A DNA stretch of 64,000 nucleotides from Candidatus Heimdallarchaeota archaeon (lineage in GTDB: Archaea; Asgardarchaeota; Heimdallarchaeia; Heimdallarchaeales; Heimdallarchaeaceae): positions 164,553 to 228,552 of the forward strand of contig JAHLWR010000003.1 in the NCBI GenBank assembly GCA_019057815.1. Direction: 5' to 3'. Position numbers and translations under genes: made by a program. The notes beneath the pieces were generated by a model. That model saw only the letters and a program-made list of their open reading frames with translations. It ran no database searches and was not told the origin of the DNA. Shown here one piece after another: positions 40,803-50,053 of this stretch (the first letter of the stretch is position 1; every line of letters starts with the position of its first letter).

Positions 40803-41414
40803 TTATTTAGATACCCAGTTAGTCTTTATTATTTCTTTATCTTCTTCACTGATCCAGTCATTATCTTCTTTTAGACATTCTTCAAAAATATCTTCGATTT
40901 TTCCAAACGAGACTAGATTGGTTTCGGATTTTTCCAAATCTTCAATGCTCCCTTGGCTTCTATCAATAAGTACAATCAAATTCTTAACAATATAATTTTC
41001 TTGTCTAAGAGCTTTGATTGCTGGGATTTTACTACCTCCCGTTGTGATAAGGTCATCAATTAAGACTACTTCCTTATTTTGCTGTAAAATTCCTTCAACA
41101 AGTTTTTTTAGCCCATGTTGTTTAGATTGTGGACGAACAATTAGCGAAGGTTTGTTTAATACAAACCCTAGAACAGCTGAAAAAGGTACACCAGCTACTG
41201 CAACTCCAGCTACTGCATCAAAGCTATCTATTTTGTTCAACAGAAATTGATAACATTCGATTGTATATCGGAAAACTGAAGGATAAGAAGAAATTAAGCG
41301 CAAATCGACATAGAACCATGATCTCTTCCCAGATTTAAGTTCAAAATCTCCAAACTTAATTATTTTATTTACAACTAATAATTTTGTTAATTCAGAAATA
41401 TCTACATTCATCAA
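40803..41414 (-). CDS. pyrE: orotate phosphoribosyltransferase
   Basis: FGDFELKSG, YVDLR, LIDDLITTGGS. Confidence 0.93.
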   Translation of the reverse strand: MMNVDISELTKLLVVNKIIKFGDFELKSGKRSWFYVDLRLISSYPSVFRYTIECYQFLLNKIDSFDAVAGVAVAGVPFSAVLGFVLNKPSLIVRPQSKQHGLKKLVEGILQQNKEVVLIDDLITTGGSKIPAIKALRQENYIVKNLIVLIDRSQGSIEDLEKSETNLVSFGKIEDIFEECLKEDNDWISEEDKEIIKTNWVSK

Positions 41415-41456
41415 TTAAAAAATAGGTGATAGTTTAAAAATTTCGCTAAGTTTGAT

Positions 41457-42038
41457 TTATGTTCCCACAAAAACTATTTCATCATTTTTTCTAATTAAAT
41501 TCCCTTTAAGCAAGTTCTCATCTTTCAACTCTGCTCGACATATGGGACATGAAGATCTCTGTTTAAGCCATAAATGGAAATGATTAGAATGTCCTGCATA
41601 GTTACAATTAGGGCATAAATCTACTTCTACTTGTTTTTCGTCATCAATGTTAAACTCTTGTAAACAGATGATGCACTTATCTCCTGAGATTGTTTTTTCT
41701 ATATGTTGAACCCAATCCTCTAAGTCCTTGGCTTGATCACTGTTTTCTTCTACTTCAACTTTTTTTTGCAGTTTCTGTAAAATATTCTGGATTTTTTGTT
41801 TATTGACAAAAGAAGGTAACCAATTAACTGAATTAATATTTTTGTCAAACTTAGAAATAATTTCTGCTACTTTTTCCTTAATCTTGGGAGCAGACTCTGC
41901 ATAACTTGATTTTATCATTGAGATAATTGATGTTGCTCCATGTTTAAGTGGTTTATAAATCGGTGTTTCACCACCACAATATGGGCAAAATTTACTCTCA
42001 CTAGGTATTTCTCTCTCACAAAAACGGCACTGTGAAAT
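41457..42038 (-). CDS. zinc-ribbon + RING-finger protein (E3 ligase-like), probable ATT start
   Basis: in-frame upstream extension CRFC..CPYCG; C-terminal CIIC..CPNC..H..H..W..CPICR; AGGTGA SD before ATT at 42038. Confidence 0.8.
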   Translation of the reverse strand: MSQCRFCEREIPSESKFCPYCGGETPIYKPLKHGATSIISMIKSSYAESAPKIKEKVAEIISKFDKNINSVNWLPSFVNKQKIQNILQKLQKKVEVEENSDQAKDLEDWVQHIEKTISGDKCIICLQEFNIDDEKQVEVDLCPNCNYAGHSNHFHLWLKQRSSCPICRAELKDENLLKGNLIRKNDEIVFVGT

Positions 42039-42052
42039 TTATATCACCTATA

Positions 42053-42910
42053 CTACTTTATTTCTTTCTTAGTTTGACATTGGGGGCAGAAAAACCAACT
42101 ACCTCCTGTTGGGGGGTAATATCGATGCATTCCTAAACCACAAGTTTCACATACTTCAGCAAGATCCTCGAATTCAAGAGCAATCTGTAGGAAGTCATGG
42201 GTTTCAAAATAGTATTTAGCGAATTTTACAGTTTCAAGCATCATATCAGTTTCTTCAAGATCGATAATAGTACCATGGACTTTGTGAGTACCAATATAAT
42301 CAAAAGCTTGATTTGGTTTTAACCTACCATCTGCTAGTGGATTGCTTGTGATATAGATATTTTCTGTTGAGTTGACAATCATCTCAAGCATACTTCGATT
42401 CTGCAGTCCTATACCTAGCATATTGAAGGGAAACATGTAAACATGTATTTCAGGAATTGATGTAATATAAATAGAGACTGTACCTATAGGTTCTATGGTA
42501 TAAATGCCTATGTTATCTGTGTATTTTGAGATATTTGAAGAATATTTCTCTAATAAACTTATATCTTTTTGATCAGTTATCGAGAAATCTAAGAAAATTA
42601 CTTTAGGTTTGAATTTAAGGCCTTCTAACAATTCAACAAGATAGTCGAGTTTATCGTATTTTAGGATTAACATTTTAACAATTTTAGGATATTCTTTGTG
42701 GAAAATATTGAGTACCTCAACAAATTCCTCGTTATAAAGATAAAATACTACTCCTTCTGATCCTGCTGTTATAGATCTTTTAAGGATTTGAAATAAAGCG
42801 TCACGGTTTTTAACCGGGTGTTCTTCAGGAATTCTATTGTAATCAGAGTACTTGATTGACCCGACAATTATCTTTGGGGTTTGTTTTCTTAACGTATCAA
42901 AATTACTCAT
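42053..42910 (-). CDS. TIM-barrel (aldo-keto-reductase-like) protein with C-terminal zinc ribbon
   Basis: MFPFNMLGIG, NPLADGRLKP; CETC..CPQC. Confidence 0.55.
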   Translation of the reverse strand: MSNFDTLRKQTPKIIVGSIKYSDYNRIPEEHPVKNRDALFQILKRSITAGSEGVVFYLYNEEFVEVLNIFHKEYPKIVKMLILKYDKLDYLVELLEGLKFKPKVIFLDFSITDQKDISLLEKYSSNISKYTDNIGIYTIEPIGTVSIYITSIPEIHVYMFPFNMLGIGLQNRSMLEMIVNSTENIYITSNPLADGRLKPNQAFDYIGTHKVHGTIIDLEETDMMLETVKFAKYYFETHDFLQIALEFEDLAEVCETCGLGMHRYYPPTGGSWFFCPQCQTKKEIK

Positions 42911-42995
42911 CTATCTCAAAACAAAATATACTAACTGGTTATTAAATCTTATCGGAAAAAAGAGTGAAGAGAGCTAAATATTTTTTGAATTAAAA

Positions 42996-44087
42996 TTAGT
43001 AATCTTTCTCGTTCTCTTCCGTATTAATATCTATTACAGAATTTTCATAAAACAACTCATTTTCGTCTACAATTTTCAATATACCAGGAAGTTGTTTTGT
43101 TTTTTCTAAGGTTTTTTCTTTATTTAAAATAGTACAATTCTCAAATATAGTTCTATATTTATCGATGTAAAATTCTGTTAGTTTATTTTTATCAAGTCTT
43201 ACTAGAATATTTTCCTTATCTTCAATTTCACATTTTAGAAAAAAGTTTGAATATCTAGATGCTTCATCTTCCCATAATTCTCCATAACCATTTTTATTTA
43301 CACATTTAGTAAGATATTTATCTATCTTTAAATCTGCAAATTCTAAGAGCATACATACACCATCACAGTTATATCTAAACATACATCTGTGTATCTCTTC
43401 AATTTCCTTTTGCATTATACTCTCTTCAGTTTCTTCTTGTATTCTTCTCTCAATATCTTCTTGTATTCTTCTCTCAATATCTTCTTGTATTCTTCTCTCT
43501 TCAATATCTTTCATAGATTCTAGTTCTGACCAATCTATTTCTATAATTTCTGCAGGTAAAGAAGAAACAACATTAACTATTTCATCCTTTTTTAGTTTAT
43601 TACATAAGTTAATAATAAGAGAATAGTCTTGTTTTATAGTTTTGATCATCAATTCCTTATTTGGAAAATAAATAGAACCACCTTTTTTTTCAAGAAATAT
43701 GGACATACTTTCAACAAAATCGTCAGACACAAAGAATTCACCTTTGTCTGAAATAAAGGCAAAATCCTTTTCTGACAATTCTATTAAAGAGTAATATCCA
43801 AGTTTGATCTTTCCACAAATACCTGTACACCTTCTCTTATAATCACAGAAGAGAATATCCCATATTATATCAAATTCTACAGGTTTATCATCAATAAAAA
43901 TTTGTTTAGAAGAAATGTTTACTAAATTCAATAAAAGTCTCTCTAATCTTCTTGTTGGTTTATCAAAAGATAATTCATAACTGTCTAAAGAAGTATCAAT
44001 AGTATAACCCCAACTTCGTAGGAGTCTAACAGCTTGTTTTACACCTTGATAACCTTTAGAGGGATCAAATTTCAACAGAATTTTCAT
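42996..44087 (-). CDS. hypothetical protein with duplicated Cys-rich domain and tandem-repeat linker
   Basis: CDYKRRCTGIC and CMFRYNCDGVC, each followed later by C..L....LP. Confidence 0.6.
   Translation of the reverse strand: MKILLKFDPSKGYQGVKQAVRLLRSWGYTIDTSLDSYELSFDKPTRRLERLLLNLVNISSKQIFIDDKPVEFDIIWDILFCDYKRRCTGICGKIKLGYYSLIELSEKDFAFISDKGEFFVSDDFVESMSIFLEKKGGSIYFPNKELMIKTIKQDYSLIINLCNKLKKDEIVNVVSSLPAEIIEIDWSELESMKDIEERRIQEDIERRIQEDIERRIQEETEESIMQKEIEEIHRCMFRYNCDGVCMLLEFADLKIDKYLTKCVNKNGYGELWEDEASRYSNFFLKCEIEDKENILVRLDKNKLTEFYIDKYRTIFENCTILNKEKTLEKTKQLPGILKIVDENELFYENSVIDINTEENEKDY
43432..43510 (-). repeat. 24-bp coding tandem repeat, about 3 units (IERRIQED)
   Basis: tcttcttgtattcttctctcaata repeated. 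Confidence 0.92.
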
Positions 44088-44412
44088 AAATTTTCACTCA
44101 AATTTTACCTTGTTTTAGGATCTTGGTTATACCTGTACACATAAAGAATTAAAATACCCGAAGTTAAATAACTTTTCTAGTTTTTAACTCTTTCAGAAAT
44201 GAGCTAAATCCTATCGATGTACAATATACCTTTGAAAGGAATAATTCCTAAGTTAACAAATGTTTCATAGAAAAAAAGAAAAAAACAATATGATTTTAAA
44301 GAAAAATGCTCAAATTAAGAATTAGTGCAATATTAACTATTCTTGTTAAAAAAATGCTCTCTATATTAGAAGCTATGAATTCGCTAAAGAAGAAATTTAA
44401 ATTGAGCTATTT

Positions 44413-44721
44413 TTAGCTCATCTTATACTCTACTCCAAAACCACCTTTGGGGTAATGCCAGTCAACACTACCATGAGGGCACACAATACGGCAACTTCCA
44501 CATTCCAAACATGGAGCATAATCAAAAATTATTGGACTATCTACTTCTTCTCCTTCTGCGAATTTATAGCAGTTTGCAGGACAAGCATATACGCAATCAA
44601 ATGTCTTGCATTTTTTGCATATTTCAGGGTTTATGGTAATATGCTCGTAATTTTTATCTGTTGTCAATTTTGTCAAAGATAGTTTTTCATCAATAGTCAT
44701 TACTTTCTCTGTTTTGCTCAT
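44413..44721 (-). CDS. fixX: FixX ferredoxin-like protein
   Basis: CKKC..CVYACPANCY, CLECGSCRIVC, YPKGGFGV; ATG overlapping the fixC stop. Confidence 0.9.
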   Translation of the reverse strand: MSKTEKVMTIDEKLSLTKLTTDKNYEHITINPEICKKCKTFDCVYACPANCYKFAEGEEVDSPIIFDYAPCLECGSCRIVCPHGSVDWHYPKGGFGVEYKMS

Positions 44722-46010
44722 ATTGATCGCCATCCTCCTATTGCATCTTTTATGAGACTTAAAATATTCATCCTTTTCAGAATATAACCAACAGCTGTTT
44801 TAACTATCCTTTTTCTAGGTTTACCAGTATTTTTAAGTAATTTTTTCATTAAACCAGTAATTAAATCTGGATATTTAGTGAAGATTCTGTCTGTATCAAG
44901 GAATTTAGCTGCTCTCTTGAAAGTTTTCAGATCTTTATAAACGAAGCTTTTCTTCAGCTTATTCTCATATATCTTCGTCCCATTCGATGAAAAATCACCC
45001 AATTTTAGAATTTCGATAGCTGCCTCTCCTGCTATCTTTCCAGCTTCTAGAGCAAAGTTCATCCCTTCTATGTATAATCCAGCATTTAACACCATTCCTG
45101 CTGCATCTCCTGCAACTAAAACTCCATTTCCGTAGAGTTTAGACATATGTTTGAATCCGCCTTCAGGAATCGTTTGAGCTGAATATTCAATCATTTTAGC
45201 GTCTTGTATCAATTTTTGAATATAGGGATGTGTTTTAAATTGCTCAAAAACATCTGTGGACTTTAGTTTCTTTTTAGTTAGTTTTTTTAGGTTCAAAATC
45301 AACCCAAAAGAGAGTGTGTCTCTATTAGTATAGAAGAACCCTCCACCAGGAATACCTTCTGCATAACCAAGCATTTCGTTACTGAATCCTTCATTTTTCT
45401 CTAACCCGTATCTTGATTCTATAACATCACTAGGCAGCTCATAAGTCTCTTTTAAAGCCACTGCATAATGTTCAGGTTTTGGAAATTTAGCTAATCCAGC
45501 TTTTTCTGTAAGTAGAGCACTAGAACCTTCTGCAATTATAGTAAGCTTAGATTTTATTATGTCGTCCCCAGATTTAATACCAAGTATCTGATCCCCTTCC
45601 CAGACAAAATCTTCAACGACTGTATCTAGGAGAATCATTGCACCTGCTTCTTCTGCTTTTTTAGCTAACCATCGGTCAAATTTAGGACGTGTAACAGATA
45701 CACCGTTATAAGGTGGTTTCTTGAAATCTTGGTTATTGATATCAATTGTAACAGCTTTGTTTTCTGATAACAAAGAGATTTTTTTAATTGTGAGAAACCT
45801 TTCAAACCCTTCTTCTTCCCAATAATTAGGGACTAATTCGTTGATAACAGGACCATAAAGAGCTCCACCACTAACATTTTTTGCTCCTGGATATTGACCT
45901 CTTTCCACTAGTACAACTTCTATTCCACCTTTAGCAAGTGTAAGAGCTGCAGCAGTACCTGCCGGACCTGCACCAATTATAGTTACATCAAAATCGTAGT
46001 TAGTACTCAT
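44718..46010 (-). CDS. fixC: FixC/EtfC FAD-dependent ETF:quinone oxidoreductase
   Basis: IGAGPAG, PGAKNVSGG, RPKFDRWLA, IPEGG, AGDAAG. Confidence 0.9.
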   Translation of the reverse strand: MSTNYDFDVTIIGAGPAGTAAALTLAKGGIEVVLVERGQYPGAKNVSGGALYGPVINELVPNYWEEEGFERFLTIKKISLLSENKAVTIDINNQDFKKPPYNGVSVTRPKFDRWLAKKAEEAGAMILLDTVVEDFVWEGDQILGIKSGDDIIKSKLTIIAEGSSALLTEKAGLAKFPKPEHYAVALKETYELPSDVIESRYGLEKNEGFSNEMLGYAEGIPGGGFFYTNRDTLSFGLILNLKKLTKKKLKSTDVFEQFKTHPYIQKLIQDAKMIEYSAQTIPEGGFKHMSKLYGNGVLVAGDAAGMVLNAGLYIEGMNFALEAGKIAGEAAIEILKLGDFSSNGTKIYENKLKKSFVYKDLKTFKRAAKFLDTDRIFTKYPDLITGLMKKLLKNTGKPRKRIVKTAVGYILKRMNILSLIKDAIGGWRSI

Positions 46011-46086
46011 TAGAAATATTGATTCTTATAGTCTTTTAAATAATGTGGAATCTCAAAAAAAACAAATGAAAAAGAAGAATTTCAGA

Positions 46087-47046
46087 TTAATCTGAAATTT
46101 TCTGTTTTAAGAGTGGAAGAATTATATGCAAATCTCCAATTATTCCATAATCAGCGTAATTAAAGATAGCTGCACCTTCATCTGTATTTATAGCAATAAG
46201 CGTTTTAGCTTTAATACCTGAAATATGTTGAGGAGCACCTGAAATTCCTGCAGCAATATACACATCGGGAGAAACAGATTGACCAGTTTGACCGATTTCA
46301 TAAGTTTCTTCTACCCAATTCATGTCTGTGCAAGCTCTTGTAGCTCCAATTTGTCCCCCAAGAATAGATGCAAGTTCCTTTAGAATAGCAAATTGATCTT
46401 TTCCACCGACACCTCTACCGCCTGCTACGATGACTTTTGCATCTTTAAGATTAACAGTTACTTCTGCTTTCTTAATCTCAACATGTTTAACAAGTAAATC
46501 TTTTTCTTCAAAGGTAATATCAACGGATATAACTTCTGGTTCTTCACCTGTAGGATTTTCATTCACAAAGAAAGCTCCAGTTCTAGTAGTTACAAATTTA
46601 ATATCACCAGTAATTTTCTGCACTTTCATAGCTTGGTCATCACGAACAGGTGTATAGAATAGAATCTCTTCTCCTTCTTTGGTAATATCAGTGATTCTTT
46701 GAGCACATGATACTCCTCTTCTAATCGCTACTCGTGGAAGGAGATCTTCTCCATAGACAGTTCCAGCTGCTATAATAATGGTTGGTTGAATTTCATCTAT
46801 TACTTTAGATAAGGCTTTTACATTTGGTCTAGAAAGATAATATTCCAATTCAGGAACATCTATTGTATAAACTTTTTTCGCACCATGTACTCCTAGTTGC
46901 TTAATCCACTCTTCTTTAATATTAGAACCAAAGAGGCTTGCAGAGATTTCCGAATCTTTGAAAACTTCATTAACTTTGTTCAGAATTCCTAAAGTATTTT
47001 CCTCAATTTTATCGTCTCTAATTTGTGCAAATACTAAGATTTTCAT
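46087..47046 (-). CDS. fixB: electron transfer flavoprotein alpha subunit
   Basis: VAGGRGVG, IGQTG, GISGAPQH, AINTD. Confidence 0.93.
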   Translation of the reverse strand: MKILVFAQIRDDKIEENTLGILNKVNEVFKDSEISASLFGSNIKEEWIKQLGVHGAKKVYTIDVPELEYYLSRPNVKALSKVIDEIQPTIIIAAGTVYGEDLLPRVAIRRGVSCAQRITDITKEGEEILFYTPVRDDQAMKVQKITGDIKFVTTRTGAFFVNENPTGEEPEVISVDITFEEKDLLVKHVEIKKAEVTVNLKDAKVIVAGGRGVGGKDQFAILKELASILGGQIGATRACTDMNWVEETYEIGQTGQSVSPDVYIAAGISGAPQHISGIKAKTLIAINTDEGAAIFNYADYGIIGDLHIILPLLKQKISD

Positions 47047-47053
47047 TTTAACA

Positions 47054-47854
47054 TCACACTCCTAGTTTAATATTATCTTCTTTCAATTTGGCAAGCAATT
47101 TATCCACCATTTCATCTGGTTCTTCTTCCTTCAATATGTAAGAGTCTTTTTCAATAACAATATTAGAAAACGACGAAACAGTTAGTGAGGCAGCGTTTTC
47201 ACATACAGTTGCTTCGTCCAACTTAAGATCTTCGTTAGACCATTGAGGTATTTGTGCTCTTTTTGAAGTTAAAATACCTCTCATTGATGTGTAACGAGGA
47301 ACGAAGTATTGACTGTCAGTGCAACTAATTAGACCTCTCATAGGCATTTCGACTATTTTTCTACCACCTTCTAAAACATGCGAGATGCGGAATCTATCAA
47401 CAGTTTTTTCAATTTCTTCAGCATACAAGACACTAGGTATATCTAATAATTCTGCTAACATAGCAGGAACTGCATAGGAACTGGAAGATTGCTCTTCACA
47501 CCCTGTAAAGATAAGGTCAACATCACCTATTTTTTCGACAATTTTCGAATAGATTTTAGCTAAAATCATCGGATCTTCAAGGTAATAATTGTCATCTACT
47601 ACTTCTACAGCATCATTACAACCCATTGCAATAGCTTCACGAACAGCTTTTGAAGGTTTTATACCCCCAACACATATTGCTGTTACTTCTGCGCTTTCAC
47701 TATCTTTTAACTTTAAAGCTCCCTCTAGAGCATTTTTATCAAAAGGATTGATTATAAGATCATCTTCACTAATACGTGATGTGTCAAAATAATCAACTCC
47801 TTGCAATTTAACTTGTGGATTTACTATTTGACGGATAAAGACAATAATTTTCAT
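47054..47854 (-). CDS. fixA: electron transfer flavoprotein beta subunit
   Basis: INPFDKNALEGAL, REAIAMGC, PRYTSMRGI. Confidence 0.9.
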   Translation of the reverse strand: MKIIVFIRQIVNPQVKLQGVDYFDTSRISEDDLIINPFDKNALEGALKLKDSESAEVTAICVGGIKPSKAVREAIAMGCNDAVEVVDDNYYLEDPMILAKIYSKIVEKIGDVDLIFTGCEEQSSSSYAVPAMLAELLDIPSVLYAEEIEKTVDRFRISHVLEGGRKIVEMPMRGLISCTDSQYFVPRYTSMRGILTSKRAQIPQWSNEDLKLDEATVCENAASLTVSSFSNIVIEKDSYILKEEEPDEMVDKLLAKLKEDNIKLGV

Positions 47855-47960
47855 GTCACCAGATGAAAAGAGTAGATTAAAAAAGATTATGTCTTAACAA
47901 TTTTCACGATTTCAATGAGAAAATTTTTATTCTTGCATTTTTAGAATAAAACGATTCTAA

Positions 47961-49019
47961 ATGAATATTGACAGAGAAAATATAATTCAAACACAGAAAG
48001 ATCTAAGTAATTTAATTGGTTGTCCTGGACATGAAGAAGAGGTAACAGACTATATTTTAAACAGATTAGAAGAATGCTCAGTCGACAAAGCTTGGGTTGA
48101 CCCTCTAGGTAACGTTTTAGCATCAAAAGCTGGAGGGCGTGAAGACGGTTTAAGGATTTTACTTGATGCTCATGTGGATGAAGTTGGCTTCATGATTTCT
48201 CATATTGATGATAGTGGTTTCATAAGAATTGCTCCTCTAGGGGGTGTGGATAAAAGATTAATGCTAGGATCTATTTTGCAGTTTCAATCTGGAAAACATG
48301 AAAGAGTATTGGGAATAGTTGGAACAAGCCCTCCACATATAACCAAAATTGATGAAAGAGAGAAAGTACCACCTATTGAAGATCTATTTGTTGATATAGG
48401 GTGTTCAAATATTGATGGAGTTAGAAAAAGTGGATTAGATGTAGGTTCTGTAGGTACTTTTTACACAGAATTCAAGCAAATAAATGAAAATGTCTTAATT
48501 GGTAAAGCTTTCGATGACAGGACGGCGTGTAATGTCTTATTGCAAGTTTTACTTCTATGTGTAAATGAAAATGTCCCAAATACAATCCTAGCTAATTTTG
48601 CAGTTCAGGAAGAAGTTGGAGGAAGAGGTGCTACAGTTGGTGCTTATTCTCTTGATCCAGATATTGCTTTAGCTTTGGAAAATACAATAGCAAGCGATAT
48701 GCCTGGTGTACCTCCACATAAAGTGGTGACAAAACTTGGAGCAGGACCTGCTGTTACAGCAGCTGATAGATCACTTATTACACCAAAGAGTATCTTAGAG
48801 AGGATTAAGCAAGCAGCAGAAATAGATAACATTCCTTGGCAATATAAAAAACCAATCTACGGAGGTTCTGATGGGGGAAGAATCGCTATATCAAAATCAG
48901 GTGTACCAACATCTGTTGTCTCTGTACCTTGTCGCTATATTCATTCAAATGTCGCTTTACTTCACTTGGATGATATAATCAATACTATAAAACTTGTTAG
49001 AAACTTCTGCAAAATCTAA
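47961..49019 (+). CDS. M42 (TET-like) aminopeptidase
   Basis: AHVDEVG, KAFDDR, VQEEVG, GGSDG, PCRYIHS. Confidence 0.92.
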   Translation: MNIDRENIIQTQKDLSNLIGCPGHEEEVTDYILNRLEECSVDKAWVDPLGNVLASKAGGREDGLRILLDAHVDEVGFMISHIDDSGFIRIAPLGGVDKRLMLGSILQFQSGKHERVLGIVGTSPPHITKIDEREKVPPIEDLFVDIGCSNIDGVRKSGLDVGSVGTFYTEFKQINENVLIGKAFDDRTACNVLLQVLLLCVNENVPNTILANFAVQEEVGGRGATVGAYSLDPDIALALENTIASDMPGVPPHKVVTKLGAGPAVTAADRSLITPKSILERIKQAAEIDNIPWQYKKPIYGGSDGGRIAISKSGVPTSVVSVPCRYIHSNVALLHLDDIINTIKLVRNFCKI

Positions 49020-49498
49020 AATTTTGTTTTTTCTTTTCCTTCTCTTCATAGAAAAAATAGACACATATTATTTCTCTCCCCTTTACTGTGCATCCTATAG
49101 TTAGAAGACGAATGGCAAGATCAGCTAACTTTTAAACACACAGTAATCTACGGTGAATTAGAACTTCAAGGTCAAGATAATACATTATCATCAAGAAGCA
49201 TCTGTATAATATGTGGAATAATACAAAACGCTCATTTCACAATATCTAAATCAGGTGATAATTACTAAAATAATGGAACCTAATTCACTTTCTTCTTCTA
49301 CTATACCATTTAACCACATTATTAAGAAAGAAAATTAACGAAATCAAAAGATAAGCAAGCGTAGATATTTTGTAATAATATCTCTCAATCCATATTTACA
49401 GTATTTTTAATAACTAAGTTATACTTTAATTCTATTGTAAGTTTAAAAAGCTATAAAAGGGAGAGGAAAGATAGAATATAATAATAGTTGGGGTTCAA

Positions 49499-49852
49499 AT
49501 GAAGAAAATACTTATTGTAGATGACAATAACGATTTGCGTTATCTACTAAAAATAATGTTAGCTGAATATATTACATTAGAGGCTAGAAATGGTTCTGAA
49601 GCTGTTGGGATGTTCAAAGCTACAAAACCAGATCTTGTTCTAATGGACATTCTCATGCCTGTTATGGATGGCATTGATGCAACAAAAGAGATAATAAATA
49701 TAGATCCATGTGCAAAAATATTGGCAATAACGGCCTATGCGTCAAAAGCAGAAACAATATTAGAAGCTGGCGCAAAAGAAGTAATACAAAAACCAATGAG
49801 AAAAAAGACTCTTTTAAAGAAAACAAAAAAATATTTGTGTAATAGAGTTTAA
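49499..49852 (+). CDS. stand-alone receiver-domain response regulator
   Basis: IVDD, LMDILMPVMDG, ITA, KP. Confidence 0.92.
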   Translation: MKKILIVDDNNDLRYLLKIMLAEYITLEARNGSEAVGMFKATKPDLVLMDILMPVMDGIDATKEIINIDPCAKILAITAYASKAETILEAGAKEVIQKPMRKKTLLKKTKKYLCNRV

Positions 49853-50053
49853 CTAAAAATGTGTTAATATCTGTTTAAACTGGAGCAAATGTAGAATCTT
49901 TTGAAGAATATAGCTATTTGTAATACATAGTCTATGAAATATAATTAAATAAAATAAAAATAACTAATTGTTTTCTTGATTCAGTAATCAAAAAACAAAT
50001 AATCTCTTTATTGAACCAGAGAACATATATATCAAATCAAAAGATTATTTTCA

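Noticed and set aside
36959-41414. pyr cluster lacking pyrB/pyrI/carAB
   Set aside because: Split pyrimidine operons are common; the genes are probably elsewhere.
49020-49498. Long intergenic region as a decayed gene
   Set aside because: Fragments look vaguely coding, but no family could be recognised.
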